A stretch of 64,000 nt of DNA from sequence record MF327005; one strand, given 5' to 3'. The first letter of the stretch is position 1; each line of letters begins with the position of its first letter. This DNA is from Shigella phage Sf19. A program made the position numbers and the translations under genes. The notes beneath the pieces were generated by a model. That model did not search any database. It worked only from the letters and a program-made list of their open reading frames with translations, and was not told where the DNA came from. Positions 1 to 13,411 of the stretch are shown piece after piece.

Positions 1-164
1 GCCTCCCTTATGCGGGTGGTATTAACCAGTGTGATATTGACATGCGTCGTCAAAATCCTTGCTCTGTCAAGAAATATACTGAATATGGCGATGCTGTTAG
101 ATACTACGGTAGAGATTACTGTGAACGTGTCAATGGTGTATTTATTATCGAGCGAGATGAATAA
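1..164 (+). CDS. partial CDS, 3' end only (5' end outside window); unknown product
   Basis: Frame 3 is open from the window edge to TAA at 162-164; stop overlaps next ATG (TAATG). Confidence 0.4.
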   Translation, partial: LPYAGGINQCDIDMRRQNPCSVKKYTEYGDAVRYYGRDYCERVNGVFIIERDE

Positions 165-646
165 TGGTTAAAAGGGTTATTCACCCCGCTAGAGCTAAAT
201 TAGTCGGGGCTATGAAGAACTTGCATACGGCTAATGCTCAAGTTGGGTATTTTCAGGAACAAGGTCAACATAGCTCTGGTTTTTCTTACTCTGCTTTAAT
301 GTACTTGCATGAAGTTATTGGTGTACCAGCAGCTTCAGGTAAAGTATATCGTAGGTTGTTTGAAATTACTATGATGTTACACAGACAGACCTTGTTAGAG
401 CAGACTAAGAAGAATCTCTATAAGCAATTAAACAGTCTTAATACTGACCCCTCAGATACTTTAGAAGCATTTGCAAAGAGTGCTCAGAAAGCAATTAAAA
501 GAGGTTTTGGTAATACGGCTATATTGCCTCCTAACGCTCCATCTACAGTTAAAAAGAAAGGCTTCAATGCCCCTCTTGTAGAAACTGGAGATTTACGAGA
601 TAACCTTGCTTATAAAATTTCTACTAAGAAAGGTATTAAAAAATGA
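164..646 (+). CDS. hypothetical virion protein (neck/tail module)
   Basis: 160-aa ORF, first of a tightly coupled co-directional structural gene string. Confidence 0.5.
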   Translation: MVKRVIHPARAKLVGAMKNLHTANAQVGYFQEQGQHSSGFSYSALMYLHEVIGVPAASGKVYRRLFEITMMLHRQTLLEQTKKNLYKQLNSLNTDPSDTLEAFAKSAQKAIKRGFGNTAILPPNAPSTVKKKGFNAPLVETGDLRDNLAYKISTKKGIKK

Positions 647-1044
647 GACTCTTAAATAGACACAGCTTTGTAGTTAAAAGGAAGGTATCTGAAGATGGTC
701 ATTACAATGAAGATGGTGATTGGGTAGCTTCACAGGATATTGTATCAATTAACTGCAAAGGTAATATTCAACCTTATATTAAGGGTTCTGTAAAGAATGG
801 TACACAGATTGTTTTACCTGAAGGTATCAGACTGACAGATACAAGAATCCTTTTCACTGTAGCTGAGTTAAGAACGTCTGATGATGTTGATTGGACTGAA
901 GCTGATATTGTCATGATTAAGGGACACGAATACGAAGTCTTTATGACAATGGATTGGTCTGAACAATTAGCTCACACATCCCATTATGAGTATATCATTA
1001 TTAGAAGGGATAAGATGAATGCAGTTAGAAACAGCAGAACTTGA
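643..1044 (+). CDS. hypothetical virion protein
   Basis: 133-aa ORF, ATGA overlap with upstream gene. Confidence 0.5.
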   Translation: MRLLNRHSFVVKRKVSEDGHYNEDGDWVASQDIVSINCKGNIQPYIKGSVKNGTQIVLPEGIRLTDTRILFTVAELRTSDDVDWTEADIVMIKGHEYEVFMTMDWSEQLAHTSHYEYIIIRRDKMNAVRNSRT

Positions 1045-1618
1045 GAAAGGTATTGTCCGAGTTTTGGTTGATGTTATTGGTCACCGTTTAGCGAGAGACA
1101 AGAATAACAGACCAAATGTTATTAGGGCTTACCCTTCAGATAATTCCAATGATAAAGGTCTGAAACCAGACCAACCTTTTATTACAGTATACTGTCAAGA
1201 TGCTACCACACCTTATGGTTGGGTTCTTGATAAGTTCGTGGAAGATGATGTAGTTTGTTATAGAATTGCTTTTCAGATTCCTGTACTGATTACTGTAAAT
1301 GGTAAAGGTGCTCACAGTATTATGCTTGAGCTAAAACAAAGATTAGAGATGAGTACTACAAGAGATTATCTAGCTGACATGACAGGTGCTTCAGTACTTG
1401 ATACAGGGGCTATCCCGAATGATTATACTTATCTCAACACAGATTTTGAAAATTCTGCACCTCTTGTTGTAACCCTTGTAAAAAATTCAGTATTAAAAGA
1501 TGAACGTGGCAGTATTATTGAACGTGTCATTGTGGATGGTGAATTGGTTTACGAGGAAGGACAGGAGCCACCAGAATATACTATCCATCTAGATGTAGAC
1601 TCCAAAGGGGTAAAATAA
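1019..1618 (+). CDS. hypothetical virion protein
   Basis: 199-aa ORF; start uncertain (26-nt overlap with upstream ORF). Confidence 0.45.
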   Translation: MQLETAELEKGIVRVLVDVIGHRLARDKNNRPNVIRAYPSDNSNDKGLKPDQPFITVYCQDATTPYGWVLDKFVEDDVVCYRIAFQIPVLITVNGKGAHSIMLELKQRLEMSTTRDYLADMTGASVLDTGAIPNDYTYLNTDFENSAPLVVTLVKNSVLKDERGSIIERVIVDGELVYEEGQEPPEYTIHLDVDSKGVK

Positions 1619-2971
1619 ATGTGGAATCCAATTGTTAATGTAGATATTACATTGAACACAGCAGGAACTACAAGAGAAGGTTTTGGTTTACCATTATTCC
1701 TTGCTTCAACAGATAACTTTGAAGAAAGAATCCGTGGTTATACTTCATTAACAGAAGTAGCTGAAGACTTTGATGAAAGTACTGCTGCGTATAAAGCTGC
1801 AAAACAGCTATGGAGCCAAACTCCAAAAGTAACTCAACTGTATATTGGTAGAAGAACTATGCAATATACTGTTTCTATTCCTGACACAGTGGCTGAAGGA
1901 AGTGAATATTCATTGACAGTTGCTATCGGTGGTGGTGTTTCTCAGCCATTCCAATACACTGCAAAAGAAAACGACACAGCACTTATTGTCTTGAATGAGT
2001 TTAAATCACAGATTGAAGCAAGCCCAACAATTAAAGATGGTGTTAATGCTAGTGTAACAGGTACTGGTGCTTCTGCGACGATGATTATTACTAAAGCTGG
2101 TGATAATGACTTCGTAAAAGTAACATCTATTACACCTACAACGTCTATTGCAGCAACAACTGCTGACACGGCTTCCGCTGCTCTGGCATCCATTGAGACA
2201 TATTCAACAGATTGGTACTTCATCTCAGCAGAAGACAGAACTCAACAGTTTGTCTTAGCAATGGCTTCAGAGATTCAGGCTCGTAAGAAGATTTTCTTCA
2301 CAGCTAATGCTGACGTTAAGGCTCTGCAAGGCACTGATTTGACCTCTGCAACAGATGTTCCGGCACAGTTAGCTAAGAGCAAGTACACTCGTACAGTTTG
2401 CTTGTGGCATCACACAGCCGAGTTTGACTACCCAGAAATGGCTTACATTGCATATGGTGCTCCATACGATGCAGGTTCAATTGCTTGGGGTAACGCTCAA
2501 TTAACTGGTGTTGCAGCATCTCTACAACCCGCTAACCAGAGACCACTGACAAGCATTCAGAAGTCAGCTTTAGACACTCGTAGCTGTAACTTCATTGACC
2601 TCGATGGTGGGGTTCCTGTAGTGCGTAGAGGTATCACTTCTGGTGGTGAATGGATTGATATTGTACGTGGTGTTGATTGGCTTGAATCTGATTTGAAAAC
2701 ATCTCTGAGAGACTTGCTAATTAATCAGAAGGGTGGTAAGATTACTTATGATGATACTGGTATTACCCGTATTCGTCAGGTCATTGAAACATCTCTTCAG
2801 CGAGCAGTTAACAGAAACTTTTTGTCAACTTACACCGTTACTGTTCCTAAAGCCTCACAAGTTGCATTGGCAGATAAGAAAGCACGTATCCTGAAAGACG
2901 TTACCTTCCACGGTATTCTTGCAGGGGCTATCTTGGATGTTGACTTGAAAGGCACAGTGGCTTACGAATAA
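1619..2971 (+). CDS. putative tail sheath protein
   Basis: 450-aa ORF immediately upstream of a ~150-aa tube-like ORF, chaperone pair and tape measure (contractile-tail gene order); no motif-level proof. Confidence 0.5.
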   Translation: MWNPIVNVDITLNTAGTTREGFGLPLFLASTDNFEERIRGYTSLTEVAEDFDESTAAYKAAKQLWSQTPKVTQLYIGRRTMQYTVSIPDTVAEGSEYSLTVAIGGGVSQPFQYTAKENDTALIVLNEFKSQIEASPTIKDGVNASVTGTGASATMIITKAGDNDFVKVTSITPTTSIAATTADTASAALASIETYSTDWYFISAEDRTQQFVLAMASEIQARKKIFFTANADVKALQGTDLTSATDVPAQLAKSKYTRTVCLWHHTAEFDYPEMAYIAYGAPYDAGSIAWGNAQLTGVAASLQPANQRPLTSIQKSALDTRSCNFIDLDGGVPVVRRGITSGGEWIDIVRGVDWLESDLKTSLRDLLINQKGGKITYDDTGITRIRQVIETSLQRAVNRNFLSTYTVTVPKASQVALADKKARILKDVTFHGILAGAILDVDLKGTVAYE

Positions 2972-2984
2972 GGAGTAATTAGGA

Positions 2985-3431
2985 ATGGCTATGTATCAGC
3001 AATATTCCCCTAAAGATGTAGTTTGTAGCTGGAATGGCATTGCCATTGAAGGTTTTGCACCAGACTCATTCTTGCGTCTTCAGAGAAACTCTCCACTTGT
3101 TACGCAAGTTGTAGGTGCAGGTGGTCAAGTAGCTCTGACAAGAAATGCAGACAAGACAGGTACGATTGAGATTGAGCTAATGCAGACTTCTCTATCAAAC
3201 CAGATGCTTTCTGCAATTCAAGCTAAACAAGATGACATGGAACTTGAAGAAGATATCTCATCTAACTTTGTAATTTACGACCCATCTGGTTCAGTTCTGG
3301 CAACAGGTATTAATGCTTGGTTGCAAGAGCTTCCACAGATTGAGTTAGGTCGTGACCAGAACTCGAAAACTTGGATTTTCGGTTGTGAGAAGTTAGACTA
3401 CACTTCAACAATCCCTGCGTCAAGCGTTTAA
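2985..3431 (+). CDS. putative tail tube protein
   Basis: 148-aa ORF between putative sheath and chaperones; followed by strong terminator. Confidence 0.5.
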   Translation: MAMYQQYSPKDVVCSWNGIAIEGFAPDSFLRLQRNSPLVTQVVGAGGQVALTRNADKTGTIEIELMQTSLSNQMLSAIQAKQDDMELEEDISSNFVIYDPSGSVLATGINAWLQELPQIELGRDQNSKTWIFGCEKLDYTSTIPASSV

Positions 3432-3444
3432 CAAATCCTAATAA

Positions 3445-3482
3445 GGGGGAGACTGTAAAAGGTCTTCCCCTTTTGTGTTTTT
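3445..3482 (+). terminator. rho-independent terminator after tube gene
   Basis: GGGGGAGAC-loop TGTAAAAG-GTCTTCCCC stem (one G-U) followed by TTTTGTGTTTTT. Confidence 0.65.
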
Positions 3483-3507
3483 ATAGCATAACTTTTAAGG
3501 AATCACA

Positions 3508-3909
3508 ATGAAGACTGAAACTAAAATGATTAACGGCAAGAAGGTAACTATTATTCTTCTTGGAGCAAGAGATGGTATCCGTATCTCTATGAAACTTGGT
3601 AAAGCAGTTGTACCAGCATTTGCACAGATGTTCTCTGGTTTAACCTCTAAAGATGGGGAAGCTAAAATCCCATTTAAAGAACTCGTTGAAGCTTGCTTTG
3701 AAAAGGTTGACGAACTAGATATTGATGCAATGGCAGAGACACTATTTCAGGGGGCAACAGTTAATGACTTCCCACTGAAAATTGATAGTTACTTCCAAGC
3801 GAACTACGGTGAATTTATTGACTTCTTAGCTTTTGCTTTGGAGGCAAACTTCGGAAGTTTTTTCGAGGCAAGCATTTTCAAAAGCCTAACTTCTCAGCAG
3901 GAAGCTTAA
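3508..3909 (+). CDS. putative tail assembly chaperone
   Basis: 133-aa ORF directly upstream of tape measure, typical position. Confidence 0.45.
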   Translation: MKTETKMINGKKVTIILLGARDGIRISMKLGKAVVPAFAQMFSGLTSKDGEAKIPFKELVEACFEKVDELDIDAMAETLFQGATVNDFPLKIDSYFQANYGEFIDFLAFALEANFGSFFEASIFKSLTSQQEA

Positions 3910-3917
3910 GTTATTCT

Positions 3918-4145
3918 ATGCAGACCCCGCTGACTGACGGGGCTGTAAAGGCAACTTATGATGAAGCAGATGAGATGAAATTTGTGCTTGCTATTTATGG
4001 TATGGATGGGTGTAAAGAAACACTCAACCAACTTTTTGATATGACCTTCGTTGATTTATTATCTCTACGTCAATATTTAGAAATCCAGAAGTCATATAAA
4101 GAAGAAATGGCTTACAACGAACTCAGAAAAGCAGGTAAAATTTAA
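3918..4145 (+). CDS. hypothetical small protein (tail assembly region)
   Basis: 75-aa ORF; stop overlaps tape-measure start. Confidence 0.4.
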   Translation: MQTPLTDGAVKATYDEADEMKFVLAIYGMDGCKETLNQLFDMTFVDLLSLRQYLEIQKSYKEEMAYNELRKAGKI

Positions 4146-6381
4146 TGGCACAATATACAGTTGATAGTTTTATTGTTGAACTTGGATTCAGTGAAAAGGT
4201 TGTTAAGGGTTTGCAAAGAGTTGAGAAAATGGCTATGCAGTCTGCTCAACGTATCGAACGCAATATCAATAAAGCCTTTGATGTGAAGCCTAATAGAAGT
4301 TCACAAGACGCTCTAAACAGACTTGTAAAAAACGCTCAGACTGCTTCAGGCAGAATCAATAAATCCCTAAACAATGCTATGAATTTAGATTCACAAGGTG
4401 TAAAATCACTTCGTAGATTAGAAACACAGGGTAAGAAAACAGCCAAAGAAATTAATAAGGCTCTAAGACAAGCTATGAATGTTGAAGGTAAAGTCAATGT
4501 TCGTGGTGGAGTTGGTAGAGGCCGTGGTAACACTATCCCTCCGGTTGGAGGTGGTGGTTCACCTAGAGTTAGACCTGATATTGCTCAAAGACAGATGGAA
4601 AGAATGTTTAATAACAACTTCTACTCTGGTTTGACTCGTCGTCTTGAAACAATTGGTGGACAAGGTAACCAAATGGCTACTTCCTTCAGAGGAAGCTTAC
4701 AAGGAATCTATAATAAGTACAAAGGTAGTGGTAAAGTTGGTGAGTATGAGATGGAAGTCAAGAAACTCATTGACACTACCAAACGTTGGGTTATTGCAGA
4801 AAATGCTAGACTTAAGGCAGTCAGAGAGTCAGCTTGGTTACAAGACAGAGCAAACTCTTCACTAAGACAGCTTGTAGGTGGTTTTGTTTCAGCGTATGCT
4901 ATGCTGGAATTAGCTCAGAAGACTATTGATGCAGGTGTAAAGAGACAGTCTGCACAGTTAGCCTCAACAGCTATCTTTGGAGGGGATACACAGCAAGCTA
5001 GAATGTTCGCTGCTACGTTCTCTCACCAGATTGGTCAGAACTACACAGACACTATGAAGCAGTACTCAAACTTCGCTGCTGGTGCTCAACCAGAGTTAGG
5101 TTTTAAAGGGACTCAAGAGTTCTATAAGAACGCTGCTATGTTCTCACGTATTCGTGGTGCTTCTGATGAAGACTTGAAAGGTATCATGATTGCTTTCCAG
5201 CAAATGGCATCTAAAGGTAAGATTCAGGCTGAAGAACTTCGTGGACAGTTAGGTGACCGTTTAGCAGGTGCTGTTCAGTTATTCTCTGATGCTATTGGTA
5301 AAACTCCACAAGAACTTGACAAGATGATGAAAGATGGTCAGCTTCTTGCAAAAGACGTTCTACCAAAAGTCTCAGAAAAAATGAGAGAGCTTGTTGAAGC
5401 AGCAGGTGGTATGAATGCAGTTTCTAAGCAGACAGCTACCTCTATGGGCCAAGCAAAGGCAATGTGGGATAACACCCTTGTAGCTTTGTTTAACAACTCT
5501 AGCGAAGGTATTTCACAACTCTCTAACTCAGTTGCAATGTTCTTGCAAGGTTCCCTTGGTACATCTGAAGCACTTGGTACAGGTATTGGTTACCTTTTAA
5601 AAGGTGCTAGTAACCTCCTAGACTTCGTGACAGATATCATGTACCGCATTTCTTCATTGTACTACACCTCAATGGGTTATTTCAAGGAATTAGATGCTAG
5701 TCAACAGAAACTAATCAAGGATTCTGCTGAGTTGGTTGCTACGTTCACCGCTATTGGTGTTTCAATTGCAGCTATTACAAAAGTCGCTAAAATCTTCGGT
5801 GGCACTGTAGCATTTGTCAAGAGTATCTTTGAAGAAGGTATCTTAGCTAAGATTGCACAGAAGTTTGGATTAACTACAGCAGCAGAAACAGCAGCTACAA
5901 CGGCTGGTGTATCAGCAACCAGAATGGCTCTTGGTGTAGGTGGTTCTGCATTAATGTTATCTGGTTCAGTTGACAAGAATGCTGGAAAGAGATTTAACGA
6001 GGTTAACACACCTAATCCTTTCAATGAAGCTATCTCAGGAATCACTAATCCAAAACGTCCAATGTTCTTTGACCAGAATGGACAACTTCAGTTTGCACAA
6101 TATACCACAGACACTTCTGGAAATATTCAGAGAGTTGATAATGGTTTGTCAAATTGGGATATTATCATGAACAATCTGTCTGAGTCTCTAAATAACTTTG
6201 CAAACAAGTTTAACCAGACACCTATGATGATGACTCCTTCTGGACTACCATTGCAAACTAAGCAGACGCTTAACGTTTCCTTTAATCTGGATGGTAAGCA
6301 GATTGCTACTAAGATGGTGGATATCACTGATAAGAGTCAGGAAGATATTCTGTTAAACTCTAGCTACCCAGAGGATGAATA

Positions 6382-6382
<1 letters not shown>
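4145..6382 (+). CDS. tail tape measure protein
   Basis: 745 aa, long predicted helical N-terminal half, Gly-rich segment ([19 protein letters not shown]), hydrophobic central stretch; position between chaperones and baseplate genes. Confidence 0.8.
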
Positions 6383-9143
<2,761 letters not shown>

Positions 9144-9144
<1 letters not shown>

Positions 9145-9560
9145 TGAAAACAGATTTTGCAATCAATCTTGGTGGTGACTACGTAGCTAAATTAGGAAAT
9201 GATTCTGTATACGTTGCTCACGGAGATTTAAAAATTACGGGTAATCAGATTAGAATTATCCCAGAAGACGATAAAGCTACTCAGGTAGCTCAAAGATTAC
9301 ATATTAGGTGTCTTCTAAGGGCTGGAGAGGTATTCTTTAATACATCTGCTGGATTCCCTTATTTACAGCTTGCTAAGTTCAAGCAGAAGACCTCTATTTT
9401 TGATAATTATATGAAAGGTTACCTTGTTGAAACGAGAGATGTAACAAACATCTACAACTACTCTTCAACAATGGATAATGCAATGAGAAAAGTGTCAGTA
9501 AGATTTAATGCAACGACAACTGCTGACGATGTTGAAATTAATACAGAGGTAAACATTTAA
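9144..9560 (+). CDS. baseplate protein (possible gp25/W-like wedge)
   Basis: 138-aa ORF immediately before a J-like ORF; size and position only. Confidence 0.4.
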
Positions 9561-11029
9561 TGGCTGGATTAACAACTACAGGTTTACAAACAAAAAGATA
9601 TCAAGAAATCTTGGATGATGTTAAAGCAAGTCTGTATAGAGATATCTCACCAAACCTTGATGTTTCTGAAGATAGCGAACTTGGGTTATTCTTAGCTTCT
9701 GTTTGCCGAGGTCTTGCAGACGTTCATGAAATCTTGTCAGAAATCTATGATGGTGGTACTATTGACAAAGCTGAAGGATTCAGTTTAGATGATGTAACAG
9801 CTTTGAATGCTGTATACAGATATGTGGCACAGGCTACAAGAGGCCAAGCTGAGTTCACTGGTAATTCTGGTGCTCCTGTACCAGCCACTACAAGATTAAG
9901 AAGCACAGCAGGTAATATCTTTTACCCTGTGTCAACTTTCACACTGACTCCATCTTACTGTGTAGAGGCAAACTTAGAAGTTAACTCTTTACGAACAGAT
10001 GCAAACTATGTTATTATCATTGACAACATTGAGTATTCATATCAGCCGACTAGTTCTGATACCATTACAACATTGCTACAGAAACTTGCAGATGCTATTA
10101 ATGGTGGTATTATTGCAAAGGCTGAAGTTACTAATGATGGTTCAGTTCTGAGAATCTATAAAGACACTGGAGATATCATTGCCAGAACTAACCCTATGGT
10201 TGTTACCGCAACGACATTCTTAACATTTACAAAGATTACTTCAATTAGTGACGTTGTAGCAGATGAAACTGGAGCCATCCAGACTCTGGCAGGAACCTTG
10301 ATTGAGATTGAAACAACTGTAGATGGTCTCGATAGTGTTTTCAACAGATATGACTTGACAACAGGTCGTGATGAGGAAACTGACACAGAACTGAGACAGC
10401 GTTACTTAGAATCTCTGGCTGTTACTGGTGTAGGTACTCTAGATGCTATTGTAGCTGCTGTCAAGAGAGTTCAAGGTGTGTCTGATGCTTCTGGTGTAGA
10501 AAATGATACTGAGACAACAAACTCTGATGGTCTTCCTCCGAAGTCTTTTAAGATTGTTGTAGTTGGTGGTCAGAATGATAATATTGCACAGGCAATCTGG
10601 GACACGAAACCTGCTGGTATTCGCCCATATGGTTCAATCTTTGGGACTGCATATGACTTAGGTTCTCTCCCTCACGACGTTTACTTTAGTAGACCAATGC
10701 CTAAATACGTTTTTGTCAAGGTTACTTACTCTCTTTACGATGAAGAGACTCTTAACATCCCTGAACAGGATATTCATGACAGAATTGTTCAAGGTATTAA
10801 TGCCTACGGTAGAACTTTGAAAGTTGGTAACGATGTAATCCCTAACAGAATCTATGGACATATCTATGATGTGATTCAAGGTATCGAGATTAATGAGATT
10901 AAGGTTGCACTTTCAAATAACCAAGCAATTCCACCTGCTGAGGGGCAGTACACAACCTCAAGAATCACTATTGATGGTGACCAGTACACTGTTTGGGAAA
11001 GCTCACAGTATACAATTACCAAGGAGTAA
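9560..11029 (+). CDS. baseplate wedge protein (J-like)
   Basis: 489-aa ORF, size and position typical of J/gp6-like wedge subunit; no motif proof. Confidence 0.45.
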   Translation: MAGLTTTGLQTKRYQEILDDVKASLYRDISPNLDVSEDSELGLFLASVCRGLADVHEILSEIYDGGTIDKAEGFSLDDVTALNAVYRYVAQATRGQAEFTGNSGAPVPATTRLRSTAGNIFYPVSTFTLTPSYCVEANLEVNSLRTDANYVIIIDNIEYSYQPTSSDTITTLLQKLADAINGGIIAKAEVTNDGSVLRIYKDTGDIIARTNPMVVTATTFLTFTKITSISDVVADETGAIQTLAGTLIEIETTVDGLDSVFNRYDLTTGRDEETDTELRQRYLESLAVTGVGTLDAIVAAVKRVQGVSDASGVENDTETTNSDGLPPKSFKIVVVGGQNDNIAQAIWDTKPAGIRPYGSIFGTAYDLGSLPHDVYFSRPMPKYVFVKVTYSLYDEETLNIPEQDIHDRIVQGINAYGRTLKVGNDVIPNRIYGHIYDVIQGIEINEIKVALSNNQAIPPAEGQYTTSRITIDGDQYTVWESSQYTITKE

Positions 11030-11031
11030 CA

Positions 11032-11889
11032 ATGTTTAAAAAGATTGAAAACTTTTATGAGAAAACATTGGACGAAAGAACTGTAACTCAATTCAAAGAT
11101 AAGTTTATTTACACAAGTCTATTGAAATCTATCACAGATGAGTTACAATTATTAGAGGATATCAGTAATCAGTTATATACTGAAAGAAATATTCGTGTAG
11201 GTGTTGGCACACAACTTGATAACATCGGGGCTTTGATTAAAGTCCCTAGACCTATTGGTGCTGATGATGACACTTACAGAGCTATCCTCTACATTCAAAT
11301 TTTCTTAAGACGTTCTGACACCACACCAAGCTTCTTACAAAGAGCTGTTATGACTCTTTACAACGCATCATTCAGCCAGATTTTTGAGCACATTACGCCA
11401 ATGACTGGTGGAATTGTTATCCGTGTAAACACTCGTAATAACGTGTTAGATACAGCATACACACTTTCTAAGATTGCTGCAACAACTATTGGTTCAGCAG
11501 TTATCCTTAGAGATGTTACCTTAAATGGTACTGCTTGGACTCCTGTAGAGGTTGCTGATTCATCTCTGGCAATTACTGATGAGAACAATAACTGGTTTGT
11601 AACAAACACTAACAAGGGTCTTATTACGAACAACACAGGTGGCTCTCTAGAAGCAAATAAATTAGGTAGTTTTGCAGATGCAGGTGTAAGGGATGGTTAT
11701 GTAAGAGTGGATAAAACTGGTGGAAGTACCAGTAAAGATTATTTAAAAGTCAGCAAAACAAACAATAGCAACGACTATTTCATTGCTGGTAAAGAAACAG
11801 TAGCAGGTGGTGATTATGGGATTATGGCAGAAGTCGCCCAAATCGTCAAAGGCAGAAAAGATAAATCTCAACAAGAAGGAAGTTCATAA
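11032..11889 (+). CDS. baseplate/tail fibre attachment protein
   Basis: ATG at 11032 preceded by AAGGAG; track ORF starts at 10993 inside upstream gene. Confidence 0.5.
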   Translation: MFKKIENFYEKTLDERTVTQFKDKFIYTSLLKSITDELQLLEDISNQLYTERNIRVGVGTQLDNIGALIKVPRPIGADDDTYRAILYIQIFLRRSDTTPSFLQRAVMTLYNASFSQIFEHITPMTGGIVIRVNTRNNVLDTAYTLSKIAATTIGSAVILRDVTLNGTAWTPVEVADSSLAITDENNNWFVTNTNKGLITNNTGGSLEANKLGSFADAGVRDGYVRVDKTGGSTSKDYLKVSKTNNSNDYFIAGKETVAGGDYGIMAEVAQIVKGRKDKSQQEGSS

Positions 11890-12188
11890 TGTCTCTTTCA
11901 TGGTCTACAGATACAGTTGATGCTGACGGTAACCAGCTTAAAGTTTTACCACCTCCAGAAATTCAAGCCACTGGCCTATTAAGGGGTGAACCTATGGGTC
12001 GTCAGTGGTTTAACTATATTATCAACTATTTGCTTAACAAAGTAAATGGTACGGTTGGAGAGGTTCGTTCATTTGCTACGGAGCAACCTGATTTAGTTTC
12101 CAATGGTTGGGAATTAATTGACACAGTAACAGGAACTGCACCCACTAGCACGACTAACCTTTACACATACGAATATAAAGGGAGCTAA
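11889..12188 (+). CDS. hypothetical tail protein
   Basis: 99-aa ORF coupled between baseplate and fibre genes. Confidence 0.45.
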   Translation: MSLSWSTDTVDADGNQLKVLPPPEIQATGLLRGEPMGRQWFNYIINYLLNKVNGTVGEVRSFATEQPDLVSNGWELIDTVTGTAPTSTTNLYTYEYKGS

Positions 12189-12190
12189 TA

Positions 12191-13366
12191 ATGCCAGTAG
12201 GTGAAATTCAAATTAGTGCATTGCCTCAAGCCTCGTTGCCTATTGATTTAAGTGATATCTTTCACCTTAAGCAAGGTATTGAGGATAAACGATGCACACT
12301 TGAGCAATTACTTGCTCCACACGCATCTTTAAGAAATAACCCACACGGCGTTACAAAGGTTCACGTAGAACTCGGTAATGTTGTTAACGCACTCCAATTA
12401 GTGGCTGCTAATAACTTGTCAGACGTGGTTAGTGTTGAAGAGGCTAGGCAGAACCTTAATATTCTATCAAGTGATGAAGTTAATGCTCTTATCCAGAATC
12501 ACATTAATGACAAGAATAACCCTCACAACACTAACAAGATTCAAGTAGGTTTGTCTAATATTCAAAACTGGACATATTCAAACTCTTACTCTGAAGACGC
12601 TGATAAGTATGCTACTGCAAAAGCTGTGAATGCTTTATACAGGGCTATCCAGAATAGCTATCCAATTGGTACTATTCATTTGTCAGTTAACCCTGCAAAC
12701 CCATCTACATATTTACTTTGTGGTGGTACTTGGGAGTTAGTTTCTAAAGGAAGGTCTCTTGTCGGTTATGACACAGATACAAGACCTGTAGAATCAGTAT
12801 TTGGTTCTGCTACTGTAACACTTACACAAAATAACATTCCAAGTCACACACACTCTGTATTGTTAACTGGTGGTGGACACTCCCATAATGCAACAGTAGT
12901 AATTTCTAGCTTTGACTATGGGACTAAGAGCACATCAAGTTTTGATTACGGTTCTAAGGCCACAAACGACTCTGGAAGCCACGCTCATAACGTTAATGGT
13001 TCTGTAAGCAGTGCTGGTAGTCACAGCCACAGGATTCCATTGAGGGGTTCTGACAGGGGTGGTGTGAATGCTATTACGGCAACGGCTGATGCAGGGGTTG
13101 GTAATGCGTCATATACAGACTTTGATGGGGTTCACACACATACCTTCAACGTTAATTCTTCAGTTGGTGGTAACCACTCTCACAGTGTGTATATCGGAGC
13201 ACATGGACACAGTGTTGCAATTGGTTCACATGGACACTCAGGTACTGTGACAGTCCAATCTTCTGAGCACACTCACTCAGGTACAACTGGTGCATTTGGT
13301 GCTGGACAAGCATTTAATATTGAGCAACCTTCTTATGTTGTATATGTTTGGAAGAGAACTGCGTAA
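12191..13366 (+). CDS. tail fibre protein with His-rich C-terminal tip
   Basis: C-terminal third contains repeated HxH motifs (HTHS, GHSHN, SHAHN, SHSHR, HTHT, NHSHS, AHGHS, SHGHS, EHTHS); C-terminus ...YVVYVWKRTA resembles next ORF. Confidence 0.7.
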   Translation: MPVGEIQISALPQASLPIDLSDIFHLKQGIEDKRCTLEQLLAPHASLRNNPHGVTKVHVELGNVVNALQLVAANNLSDVVSVEEARQNLNILSSDEVNALIQNHINDKNNPHNTNKIQVGLSNIQNWTYSNSYSEDADKYATAKAVNALYRAIQNSYPIGTIHLSVNPANPSTYLLCGGTWELVSKGRSLVGYDTDTRPVESVFGSATVTLTQNNIPSHTHSVLLTGGGHSHNATVVISSFDYGTKSTSSFDYGSKATNDSGSHAHNVNGSVSSAGSHSHRIPLRGSDRGGVNAITATADAGVGNASYTDFDGVHTHTFNVNSSVGGNHSHSVYIGAHGHSVAIGSHGHSGTVTVQSSEHTHSGTTGAFGAGQAFNIEQPSYVVYVWKRTA

Positions 13367-13376
13367 TTATTTTATA

Positions 13377-13393
13377 AGGGGCTGTGTAGCCCC
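13377..13393 (+). promoter_or_regulatory. GC hairpin GGGGCT-GTGT-AGCCCC between the two fibre genes (possible promoter spacer or processing site)
   Basis: Perfect 6-bp stem with tetraloop, flanked by TTTATA (13371-13376) and TAGAAA (13394-13399) at 17-bp spacing; no T-run. Confidence 0.3.
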
Positions 13394-13411
13394 TAGAAAG
13401 AGGATTTATAA

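Noticed and set aside
1619-2971. 450-aa ORF as major capsid protein rather than tail sheath
   Set aside because: It lies immediately upstream of a ~150-aa ORF, chaperone pair and tape measure, the usual sheath-tube-chaperone-TMP order; assignment stays low-confidence without a profile search.
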